Shown here in pieces: positions 38,083-45,796 of a stretch of 64,000 bases of DNA (position 1 is its first letter; each line of letters begins with the position of its first letter). Under the pieces are notes generated by a model, which saw nothing but the letters and a program-made list of their open reading frames with translations, was not told the origin of the DNA and did not search any database. This DNA comes from a virus (taxonomy: Duplodnaviria > Caudoviricetes). Location: positions 64,001 through 128,000 of the IMG/VR virus record IMGVR_UViG_3300031134_000004; one strand, 5' to 3'. Position numbers and translations under genes: made by a program.

Positions 38083-39582
38083 ATGGGTACTGCACTGAAA
38101 ATCTCCGAACTCCCAACCGCCGGGGAAGTATCGGGCAGCGAATTGCTGGAAATTGTACAAGACGGCGTGAACAAAAGCGTTCTGGTAAGCACCCTCGTAC
38201 CGCGCGCTCGTGACGGTCGCGATGGTAAAGACGGCGTGGACGGCAAGAGCCCGTTCGAGCTGGCCCAGCGCAATGGCTTTACTGGCACGGAAGTCGAGTG
38301 GCTGGCAAGTCTGAAAGCCCAAGACGGCGTTGACGGTATCGATGGTACGGACGGTACGGACGGCCGCGATGGCACCAATGGCAAAGATGGCGAATCGAAC
38401 TACCAGGTCGCCGTACGCAATGGTTTCGTCGGCACTGAAGCCCAATACCTGGCTTCCCTTAAAGGCACCGCTGGCCGTGATGGTACGAACGGCAAGGATG
38501 GTGTCGATGGCAAGGACGGCACCAACGGCAAAGATGGCGCGCCTGGTAAAAGCAACTACCAGATCGCTGTGGACAACGGCTTTGAAGGCACCGAGGCGCA
38601 ATACCTGACCTCGACTGCTGGTGAAGACGGTCGTGACGGTGTGGATGGTCAAGACGGTGAAGGCATCTACCAACTGGCACGCCGCAATGGCTTTGTCGGT
38701 TCGGAAGCTGAATACCTCGCCTCGATCAAAGGCGCTAACGGCGCTGATGGTATCGATGGTGAATCGAACTACCAGCGTGCTGTGGAACTGGGTCTGTTTG
38801 TGGGTACGGAAGCAGCGTACCTGGCTTCGCTCAAAGGTGCCGATGGTGTTGATGGCACTGATGGTGTCGACGGTACTGACGGTACTGATGGTGCCGATGG
38901 TATGGATATCTACGCGCTGGCTAAGTCGAAAGGCTACGCTGGTTCGGAAGATCAATACCTGGCTTCGCTGCACGGTCGTGATGGTACGAACGGCAAGGAT
39001 GGCACCAATGGTAAGGATGGTGTCAATGGTAAGTCCTCGTATGAAGTTGCCAAAGCAGGTGGTTACAACGGTAGCGAAGCGGAATGGCTGCTCTCCCTTA
39101 AAGGCACTGCTGGCAAAGATGGCGTCGACGGTAAGAGCGCTTACCAAGTCGCTACTGCTGGCGGTTACGTCGGTACGGAAGCTGCGTGGCTGCTGAGCTT
39201 GAAGGGTGCACGCGGTGACGCAGGTCCTCCAGGCGGTGAGGCGACGTTCTTTGACCTGGGTAAGAACACTGTTGCCGGTACGGTGATGACGTTCGACCAG
39301 ACCAAGGGTACTGTGCAAAAGCTGGAAGTTGGTGCGCCAACGACCGTTGCTCTGTCGAACTTCGCCCCAGCTGGCCGCAGCAGCGAACTCGTGCTCCAAC
39401 TGGTCAATGGTGGACTGTTCACTACCACGTTCCCATCGGATGTGAACTGGATCAAGATCGATGGCACCACCACCAAAGTGTTTGCTGAAACGGGCATTGC
39501 CCTGCAAGGCGCTGGTGTGGACTTCGTGATGTTCTGGTCCTACGACGGCGGTGTTACTGTCTTCGGTAAAGTCATGCGTTAA
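38083..39582 (+). CDS. collagen-like fibre protein with eight helical spacer repeats and C-terminal adaptor-like domain
   Basis: N-terminal KISELP, G-x-DG-x-DG runs, C-terminal domain paralogous to 32450-33460, ends in GKVMR. Confidence 0.8.
   Translation: MGTALKISELPTAGEVSGSELLEIVQDGVNKSVLVSTLVPRARDGRDGKDGVDGKSPFELAQRNGFTGTEVEWLASLKAQDGVDGIDGTDGTDGRDGTNGKDGESNYQVAVRNGFVGTEAQYLASLKGTAGRDGTNGKDGVDGKDGTNGKDGAPGKSNYQIAVDNGFEGTEAQYLTSTAGEDGRDGVDGQDGEGIYQLARRNGFVGSEAEYLASIKGANGADGIDGESNYQRAVELGLFVGTEAAYLASLKGADGVDGTDGVDGTDGTDGADGMDIYALAKSKGYAGSEDQYLASLHGRDGTNGKDGTNGKDGVNGKSSYEVAKAGGYNGSEAEWLLSLKGTAGKDGVDGKSAYQVATAGGYVGTEAAWLLSLKGARGDAGPPGGEATFFDLGKNTVAGTVMTFDQTKGTVQKLEVGAPTTVALSNFAPAGRSSELVLQLVNGGLFTTTFPSDVNWIKIDGTTTKVFAETGIALQGAGVDFVMFWSYDGGVTVFGKVMR
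38215..39235 (+). repeat. coding tandem repeat: (G-x-DG)n collagen plus S.YQ.A...G(F/Y).G(T/S)EA.(W/Y)L.SLKG, eight copies
   Basis: Eight units counted in the translation. Confidence 0.85.
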
Positions 39583-39696
39583 GTCGCGTAGAGGGGAGCT
39601 TCGGCTCTCCTTTATGCCGTACCTAAATTATCTTGGTTACATATCACCCTACTAGCAATACACACGTATTTAACTATTACTAGGGGTTATAAAAAC

Positions 39697-40065
39697 ATGC
39701 CACGTTTTAAAATAGAAGGAGATGGTGACTTCGGTTACGTTCTTCGTTTGAATAATTTGCTAGGTCGCAATAAGCTCGATGGCCGGCTTGACCAGATTAG
39801 CCTAGGTCCGTGCGAATCGATTGAGACACTTCGTACACTCTACGAGAATGAACTGGTTGAACCTTACGATGAAGAAGGTCCGGACTTGATTATTCATGGG
39901 GAGATGAAAACCTACACCAAGTACTTTCGTAAAGGCGGTGGTCTTGAATGGTGCTGTCCACTGAACAACCAAGCGCAATGGGAAGGCATGGATGAATCAG
40001 GTGCAGGTCTGGATGATGTCTTGCTGCGGGTGACGAACATTACGAAACGCGAGCCCTGTGAGTAA
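39697..40065 (+). CDS. hypothetical protein
   Basis: gggg SD, 122 aa, stop TAA at 40063-40065. Confidence 0.65.
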   Translation: MPRFKIEGDGDFGYVLRLNNLLGRNKLDGRLDQISLGPCESIETLRTLYENELVEPYDEEGPDLIIHGEMKTYTKYFRKGGGLEWCCPLNNQAQWEGMDESGAGLDDVLLRVTNITKREPCE

Positions 40066-41065
40066 AAATTTACATGACGACATCATTCTTTGCAAGAACA
40101 CAGCGCCATGGAACGACAATGTGTTTGAGACCTCGCTTCGTAGAAGCTATCTGAAGAGCCGTGAAAGTCGGCATGCTGGGTGTCAACGTCCAGTAAAGGT
40201 GAAAATCCTTCGAAACATAACCACACAGTGCACGGCGATGCGTCGCCCAGTTACTGGTGTCATGCAGCTCGCTTGCGCCTCGCTATTGCGAAACGGCGCG
40301 ATGGCGGCAGCCTTTGCCCGAGTCCTTCGAGTCTTGGGATGCTTTGGTGGTTGTGTCATAGCAGCGAGACTTTACAGTGGACAAAGCACCGGGAGGTGTG
40401 TCGGGACTGACTATCCTAAAAACTGTACGACTGGTTTCATCGGGCTGTCAACCCATGATCCAGTAAGTTGTTCTCCTCTCTTAAAAGTTAGGAGGTTGTT
40501 TTCATGTGGCCGCCTTTCGAAGAACTCGAATTGGCCGCCGGAGCGAAGCGCCTGAAGGTTGAGGACGCAGGTGCTTGGCTGCTCTCTTGCAGCCTTGGCT
40601 TGCACTACCAATAGTGCCTATACGCAACGCAACATAAAGCAGCACGCAGCCGCAAGGTGTTCACATTTGAGTCTTCATTCCTCAGAGAAGACACGAACGA
40701 TTTGCTAGAGGCCAGTCTTCATCGATAGAAGGCGGACGCACAAGTTCGGACTTGAGAATACCTTGTGGATGCGGTAATACACGCAACCGATTTCACACAA
40801 CTTCACTACCTTTGTTTCTTGATGCATCTACTTACTCCTCCTCCGTTGTTGGTTCGTCTTGGACTTGGATTTCTTCGTCGATTTGGGGAGTTGTGTGAAT
40901 CTATTAAAGTCCTCTACAGATGGTTAGGCGTTTGTGTGTGATGAACATCCCAACTCCCGTTGGCGTCAGCAATGTTCGCTACACATGGCCTTAATTAGTA
41001 GCAGTCTGTGGTAGGGCTCTTTTGTTCGTGCTACGAGTCTTCCTTAACGGGAAGACTCTATGCCG
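40066..41065 (+). ncRNA. candidate large structured non-coding RNA (family unassigned)
   Basis: No credible ORF. More than 15 hairpins plus long-range helices (40216-40224/40347-40355; 40373-40378/40422-40427; 40792-40804/40887-40899), GNRA loops, and a terminal hairpin plus TATGCCG. The strand is inferred. Confidence 0.55.
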
Positions 41066-41122
41066 ATGTGTTGTACCTGAGTTACGGCGGGTCTCCGTAA
41101 CACTACTATTAGGAGCATTACC

Positions 41123-41548
41123 ATGAAGTTGAAATTCGAGAAAGAAACGCAAGACGTCATCAACGCTATTGCCCAACTGCCTGATGAAGCAGGTTCACCT
41201 GCAGGCTTGGCCAAACCCAACCAGTTAATTGGTGTGTTTGACAAGGTCATTCTCGGTGACAAAGCCAATCGCAATGCGCCATCGAAACACTGGGCTAAGC
41301 TGCGGCGTCAATTGAGTTTCCTCTACGAGATCGTCAACATCGGTGCTATCGCTGGCAAGAAGGTGTCGCAAACCGGCGGGGAAGAAAGCCTTAAAGAATC
41401 GTACCGGATGATCGTGACGATCTGCAAGAAGATTGTTGCAGGCACGTCGCTTGACCATCCAATGTTTGTGCGCCTTGCACTCAGTTATGGCGTGCTGCAT
41501 TTGTCGGACCATGAGATTCAAAAGCTGATCGACGGTAACAACGTTTAA
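41123..41548 (+). CDS. hypothetical protein
   Basis: aggag SD, 141 aa. Confidence 0.75.
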   Translation: MKLKFEKETQDVINAIAQLPDEAGSPAGLAKPNQLIGVFDKVILGDKANRNAPSKHWAKLRRQLSFLYEIVNIGAIAGKKVSQTGGEESLKESYRMIVTICKKIVAGTSLDHPMFVRLALSYGVLHLSDHEIQKLIDGNNV

Positions 41549-41562
41549 CATAAGGAACTACC

Positions 41563-41829
41563 ATGTCGCGTCGCTTATTCCTTAAAGGACTGGCTGGATT
41601 GTTTGTAGCTCCAGCAATTGTCAAAGCCGAAAACATCATGAAGATTGCAGTTCCTAGGACAGAGATTATTCTGCCCGAAGAATTCAATCCACTGAACTTC
41701 GGCAACATGGTGTGGAGACCTGAATTGACGTTGGTTTTGCCGACTACGTGTAACGTCAAAGAGATCCATGTCCAACCAATGTTCAGACAAAGCATTGAAT
41801 CCTCGATGCCTATTCTGTTGACGTCGTAA
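41563..41829 (+). CDS. small protein with twin-arginine (Tat) signal-like N-terminus
   Basis: aagga SD; MSRRLFLKGLAGLFVAPAIVKA. Confidence 0.65.
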   Translation: MSRRLFLKGLAGLFVAPAIVKAENIMKIAVPRTEIILPEEFNPLNFGNMVWRPELTLVLPTTCNVKEIHVQPMFRQSIESSMPILLTS

Positions 41830-41901
41830 TCTATTCAGTTGCGGCCTGTCCCTCGGGGCAGGCTTTTATGCCCTAATACCGCAATAAAGAAACAAGGAAC
41901 A

Positions 41902-42537
41902 ATGATGAACACTACAAAACTTGAAGCGGCTTTGCTGTCGCACTGCACTGGTAACTTCCTGGACATGCACTTGGAGTTTAACGACCACAAGAGCTGCTAC
42001 GGCACCATTGAAGACCACGAGAAAAGCTACCCCAATATCACCTATAAGTGGGTGAGCGAAGAAGAACGTTTGGCCGCTTACGCTGCTAACGAGATGTGGG
42101 GTATTGCTACGACGGGTGCAGGTAAAGGCGCGTATCGCTCCAATACCAGCAACAAACTTTCCACGCTTGTTCAAAGCTGGGGTGAGATCGATCAAGAAAC
42201 CATCGAACAAGCCGAGCAGCTGGCTGAGTGGTTGCGCTCCCAATTCGAAGGCAAGTACGCTTCTGCCAACATCACCTACACGGTGGGTCAAGAAGTGACT
42301 CGCTATATTGACAACAAGTGGGTAACGAGTATCGATAACGTTGCAACCATCGTCGCTGAAGAAGGGAGTAACTTTTCCGATGAAGAAGATTGGGTCAGCG
42401 TGGAAGAGCGTCAAAAAGCCATTGATCAAAATGGCATTTGGTCTGTGCAGATCTACCCAAACACGCCGATCGGTTCTTACTCGTATCACGCAGCTTCGCT
42501 GCAAGCTATCCTGGAATTTTTGATGCGGCTTAGCTAA
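41902..42537 (+). CDS. hypothetical protein with internal duplication
   Basis: AAACAAGGAA leader; WVSEEERLAAYAANEMW and WVSVEERQKAIDQNGIW. Confidence 0.75.
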   Translation: MMNTTKLEAALLSHCTGNFLDMHLEFNDHKSCYGTIEDHEKSYPNITYKWVSEEERLAAYAANEMWGIATTGAGKGAYRSNTSNKLSTLVQSWGEIDQETIEQAEQLAEWLRSQFEGKYASANITYTVGQEVTRYIDNKWVTSIDNVATIVAEEGSNFSDEEDWVSVEERQKAIDQNGIWSVQIYPNTPIGSYSYHAASLQAILEFLMRLS

Positions 42538-42623
42538 TAAGTCAAACGCCTTCCTTTCGGGGAAGGTTTTTTGATTGTTCTTGTATTAACAATATGTAAA
42601 TAATTACGATACGAGTATAAGTT

Positions 42624-43043
42624 ATGTGGAACTCTCTCCCCCCTGTTTTTATGCCCCCAAAACCCGATGCCATCATTTTGGACATCGAAGAATACGTGCG
42701 CATTTTTCGCTGGTCAATCAAGCCTAAACACAACTATCCAGAGTTTGTCAATGAGATCGTCCACAATGTGATTTGCTGTTTTTCTGATGCGAACATGGCA
42801 GAGTACGAGTTGACCGAGTTCGTCTCGCAAATTGACATGCAGATGTATTGGGACACTGAAGTAGCGATGATGATTCGGCCCGATTACGCGCGTCCTATTT
42901 TGGACTTGGGTGTGGCCATCCTTAAACACCTGCACGACTTACGGGTCTTTGACTTGGATGGGAAATTATCCTACGAGTACTACTCGTATGAAATCCCAGA
43001 TTTCCCTGGTGTTGTGCTTAAACAAATTGAAAAGGAAGAATGA
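42624..43043 (+). CDS. hypothetical protein, PD-x-I paralog family member 1
   Basis: KPDAIILDIEE motif; start may be 42650. Confidence 0.65.
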   Translation: MWNSLPPVFMPPKPDAIILDIEEYVRIFRWSIKPKHNYPEFVNEIVHNVICCFSDANMAEYELTEFVSQIDMQMYWDTEVAMMIRPDYARPILDLGVAILKHLHDLRVFDLDGKLSYEYYSYEIPDFPGVVLKQIEKEE

Positions 43044-43456
43044 TCATGGGTGTTATCATGCGGCAAATTCTTGCTGAAGCCAAGCTACGTGTTTCGCTGG
43101 AAGAACTGGCTGAAGTAAAAGGCGACGGTTGTGTGGCATTTGATCTGGACGGCACATTAGCCGAATACCACGGCTGGAATGGTATTAGCCACATCGGCAT
43201 GCCCATTATTGCCATGGTCGATCGGTTGAAACAATACCGCGCCAATGGTGTCAAGTGCGTCATCTTCACAGCCCGCGCCTCCGATGCACCGGACCAAGAA
43301 ATGGCCATGAAGATCATCGATGCTTGGTCGCTCTTGCATCTGGGAGAAATCCTACCCATCACCAACAAAAAGACACCTGACATCGTGCGCATTTACGATG
43401 ACCGCGCTCGTCAGGTAATTGAAAACACCGGCTTTGTTGTAGGAGAAGAGAAATGA
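43040..43456 (+). CDS. HAD-superfamily phosphatase
   Basis: VAFDLDGTLA (DxD motif I), IFTAR (motif II), YDDRA (motif IV). Confidence 0.8.
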   Translation: MIMGVIMRQILAEAKLRVSLEELAEVKGDGCVAFDLDGTLAEYHGWNGISHIGMPIIAMVDRLKQYRANGVKCVIFTARASDAPDQEMAMKIIDAWSLLHLGEILPITNKKTPDIVRIYDDRARQVIENTGFVVGEEK

Positions 43457-43713
43457 AAATGCGTGACCGTAAGCGTCGCCATTACGCGCCTAATGTACGC
43501 AGTAACAAATCCATGAAGCGCATGTGGAAACGGATTGGTGAAAAGTTCAAAGCCAAGTTGACTAACTGCATGAGCGATGCCATCAAAAGGAGCAAAGTCC
43601 ATGTCAAAGAAATACTCGAGCGTATGGGACCTAGCCTGCACGCCGCAGCATGCGCAGCCGCCCTCCATCTCGCTACCACCGAGCAGCAACAAACCGCGCC
43701 TGCACCACTCTAA
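43453..43713 (+). CDS. small basic protein
   Basis: aggag SD; MKMRDRKRRHY...MWKRIGEKF resembles the peptide at 52900. Confidence 0.5.
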   Translation: MKMRDRKRRHYAPNVRSNKSMKRMWKRIGEKFKAKLTNCMSDAIKRSKVHVKEILERMGPSLHAAACAAALHLATTEQQQTAPAPL

Positions 43714-44257
43714 TTACAGCCATGTGCCAGACGCACTCATCATGGAGTTTCGTGATGAGATTCAAGTCTTTAATGAAGCCACTGCCGACATGCGGGTGTG
43801 CGAATACAGCATCAATGAAGTGCTCGCTGAGATTTTGCTCTTTGTTTCTGACAAGGATTTCATCGACACTGGCATTGAAGACTTGAGTAAGCAGTTCCGG
43901 CTCATCCATGGTCGTAATAACGATGAAGGTGAAGTCGATGAAGATAACAAGCGCTTCATTGAATCTGACGGCAACATCATGGGCGATGCAGTAGCGAACC
44001 TTGCTCACTCCATGGTGGCGCGTTTTAAAGACTTGGAACTATACTTAACAGACGGGAATTTACCGTTCGAATTTAAAGAGTGTCTGGTGCCTGACTTAGC
44101 GTACGTGTTCGTTAAGCAAACAGACTTTAAGCCTACAATTGAAAGAGAAGAAGATGAGTACAACCCAAACTGCTGGCACGAGTCCAGAATTCCGGACAGC
44201 GATCCAGAACACGTTTATGAAGGAAGCGTGGTGGAAGGAGAATTTGGTAGCGGTTAA
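43601..44257 (+). CDS. hypothetical protein, PD-x-I paralog family member 2 (start uncertain, possibly GTG 43724)
   Basis: VPDALIMEF...DLELYLTDGNLPFEF resembles 42624 and 62302. Confidence 0.55.
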   Translation: MSKKYSSVWDLACTPQHAQPPSISLPPSSNKPRLHHSNYSHVPDALIMEFRDEIQVFNEATADMRVCEYSINEVLAEILLFVSDKDFIDTGIEDLSKQFRLIHGRNNDEGEVDEDNKRFIESDGNIMGDAVANLAHSMVARFKDLELYLTDGNLPFEFKECLVPDLAYVFVKQTDFKPTIEREEDEYNPNCWHESRIPDSDPEHVYEGSVVEGEFGSG

Positions 44258-44492
44258 GAAGATGCTGCCTGAGACGTGGACGCACATGGCCAACGTCAAT
44301 GGGTTGGCACTGGGTTTCCAAATGAAGACGCTCGGCATCGACTGGCGTAGTCAAGAGGAATTCGGTCGGGTCATGGTGTTCTTTGAAAAGATCGGCCTCA
44401 TGCAGCGTCAAGCGCTCATGCAGATTCGCTGCAATCCGCACTGGGAGTTTTCCAGCACCATGTTCGATGAACTCAAACAGGAGAAGAAATAA
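44139..44492 (+). CDS. hypothetical protein (start uncertain)
   Basis: Fills the gap between genes; its stop is coupled to the next start. Confidence 0.55.
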   Translation: MKEKKMSTTQTAGTSPEFRTAIQNTFMKEAWWKENLVAVKKMLPETWTHMANVNGLALGFQMKTLGIDWRSQEEFGRVMVFFEKIGLMQRQALMQIRCNPHWEFSSTMFDELKQEKK

Positions 44493-45070
44493 TGAACTGG
44501 TTCTTGTGGTATTGCAGTGCTTCGGTTGCGCTTGCTGGCGGTGTGCTGCTTAGCTTTGCAGCGTCGGACCTGGCAGCGCTCATGGGTTACACTGAGAAAG
44601 ACCCAAAGTTCGGTTACGCCACTACTGTGGAGCGCCACCGTGGTTTCGGTATCGGCTGGTATTTTGCCGGTGCCTTCCTTCCCATCATCAACCTCTTTAC
44701 TCTGTACCTGCTTACGTATAACTGGACGTTTGGCCGGATGAGTGATGAGACGCATGAAAAGCTCACAGCACTGTTTCGCTCGGACAAAGAAAAGAAGCGT
44801 ATCGAAGAAATACGTTTTGTCAATCAGTTGATTGAAGATAGTTTCTCGTTCGACTATCTTCCACCAAGTGTGGCTGATCGAACCAAAAGCATCTTGCTCA
44901 ATTGTTCATCCACGGATTTGTCCGACGGCTACCGGATTGAAATCATGCGTGATACGCGTTTGCGCATGCATGCTCCAGATGGTCGTTTGGTGCTGGACCG
45001 AGAAGTCACAGGGCTTGAAGCCTACCTGCTGCGTCACTATATCGTCGAACTCGCTAAGCAAGGAGTGTAG
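44492..45070 (+). CDS. hypothetical membrane protein
   Basis: Two hydrophobic segments; aggag SD. Confidence 0.7.
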   Translation: MNWFLWYCSASVALAGGVLLSFAASDLAALMGYTEKDPKFGYATTVERHRGFGIGWYFAGAFLPIINLFTLYLLTYNWTFGRMSDETHEKLTALFRSDKEKKRIEEIRFVNQLIEDSFSFDYLPPSVADRTKSILLNCSSTDLSDGYRIEIMRDTRLRMHAPDGRLVLDREVTGLEAYLLRHYIVELAKQGV

Positions 45071-45097
45071 TTACTATAAGAAACAAGGGAGTGTTAA

Positions 45098-45586
45098 GTG
45101 AAAGAGAATAAGCTGTCAGATAGGATGTGTCGCTTGATCGAACAAGCAATCTGTCAAGTACTTCAAGAAGCTGCACAATTGAAAGAATGCTTTCGTTTGG
45201 ACGTTCGCGTGCACGCAGTAGCGGTAGTAGAGAGCCGCCCTCTGTGTGTGAGCATGCGTCTTATTAGTACGCAAAACAAAACGAACCGCATTGTGGCGCG
45301 CTTACTCAAAGACAAATGGGGACGCTCGCATTTTCCAGAAGTTTTGCTCATGGAGTCGTGCGATCGCGATAGTACCTTGCGCGTGATGTACAACGCAGAA
45401 TACCATGTGTATCATGCAATGCAAAACAATGCTGACTGGGAGCGTTTTAGCCAGACAGTAAAGTATGTAAAAGACCTCACTGTGGATCACACCACACAAG
45501 AGCGCAGCATCGTTGAAAACATCATCAGCTTTTTGGTGCAAGGCTTATTCGATGACAAACCCTATCCGGGTTTCCAGCCAACTTAA
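45098..45586 (+). CDS. hypothetical protein
   Basis: aagggag SD with GTG start; followed by hairpin plus TATGCCG. Confidence 0.65.
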   Translation: MKENKLSDRMCRLIEQAICQVLQEAAQLKECFRLDVRVHAVAVVESRPLCVSMRLISTQNKTNRIVARLLKDKWGRSHFPEVLLMESCDRDSTLRVMYNAEYHVYHAMQNNADWERFSQTVKYVKDLTVDHTTQERSIVENIISFLVQGLFDDKPYPGFQPT

Positions 45587-45796
45587 CAACCACAGGAAGA
45601 GGGTAACCCCCTCTTCCTTTTATGCCGCCTCTTTTTTTTGTTGTATTTTGTTACCGCTCAGACAGCAATTATGAGTGACAGTCTCCTTGCACAGAACTGT
45701 CCTAAGATTTTTCAAGTATCCTATTGCCTCGCACTTGAGGTAAGACGATTTCGCACTTTGGTGAACCCCACTAAGAACCCTAAGGAACACGATAAC

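Noticed and set aside
38215-39235. CRISPR array or diversity-generating retroelement
   Set aside because: The repeats are in-frame protein repeats with synonymous variation. There are no constant repeat/spacer units, no adenine-specific template/variable pair and no reverse transcriptase in the window.
40058-40555. 165-aa GTG ORF and other short ORFs in the structured region
   Set aside because: It overlaps the previous stop without an SD, has Cys/Arg-rich non-phage codon usage, and coincides with dense RNA helices.
40504-40614. 36-aa ORF (MWPPFEELEL...) with an AGGAGG upstream
   Set aside because: The SD is paired with ctcct in a stem and the ORF crosses several helices. Not supported without Ribo-seq, though not excluded.
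45638-45796. N-terminal extensions of ORF-track calls (nrdJ 45638; also 4815, 6057, 9224, 10706, 29308, 41839, 49339, 50593, 59658, 60121, 62272)
   Set aside because: Better SD-supported internal ATGs exist, and the extensions overlap terminators or neighbouring genes.
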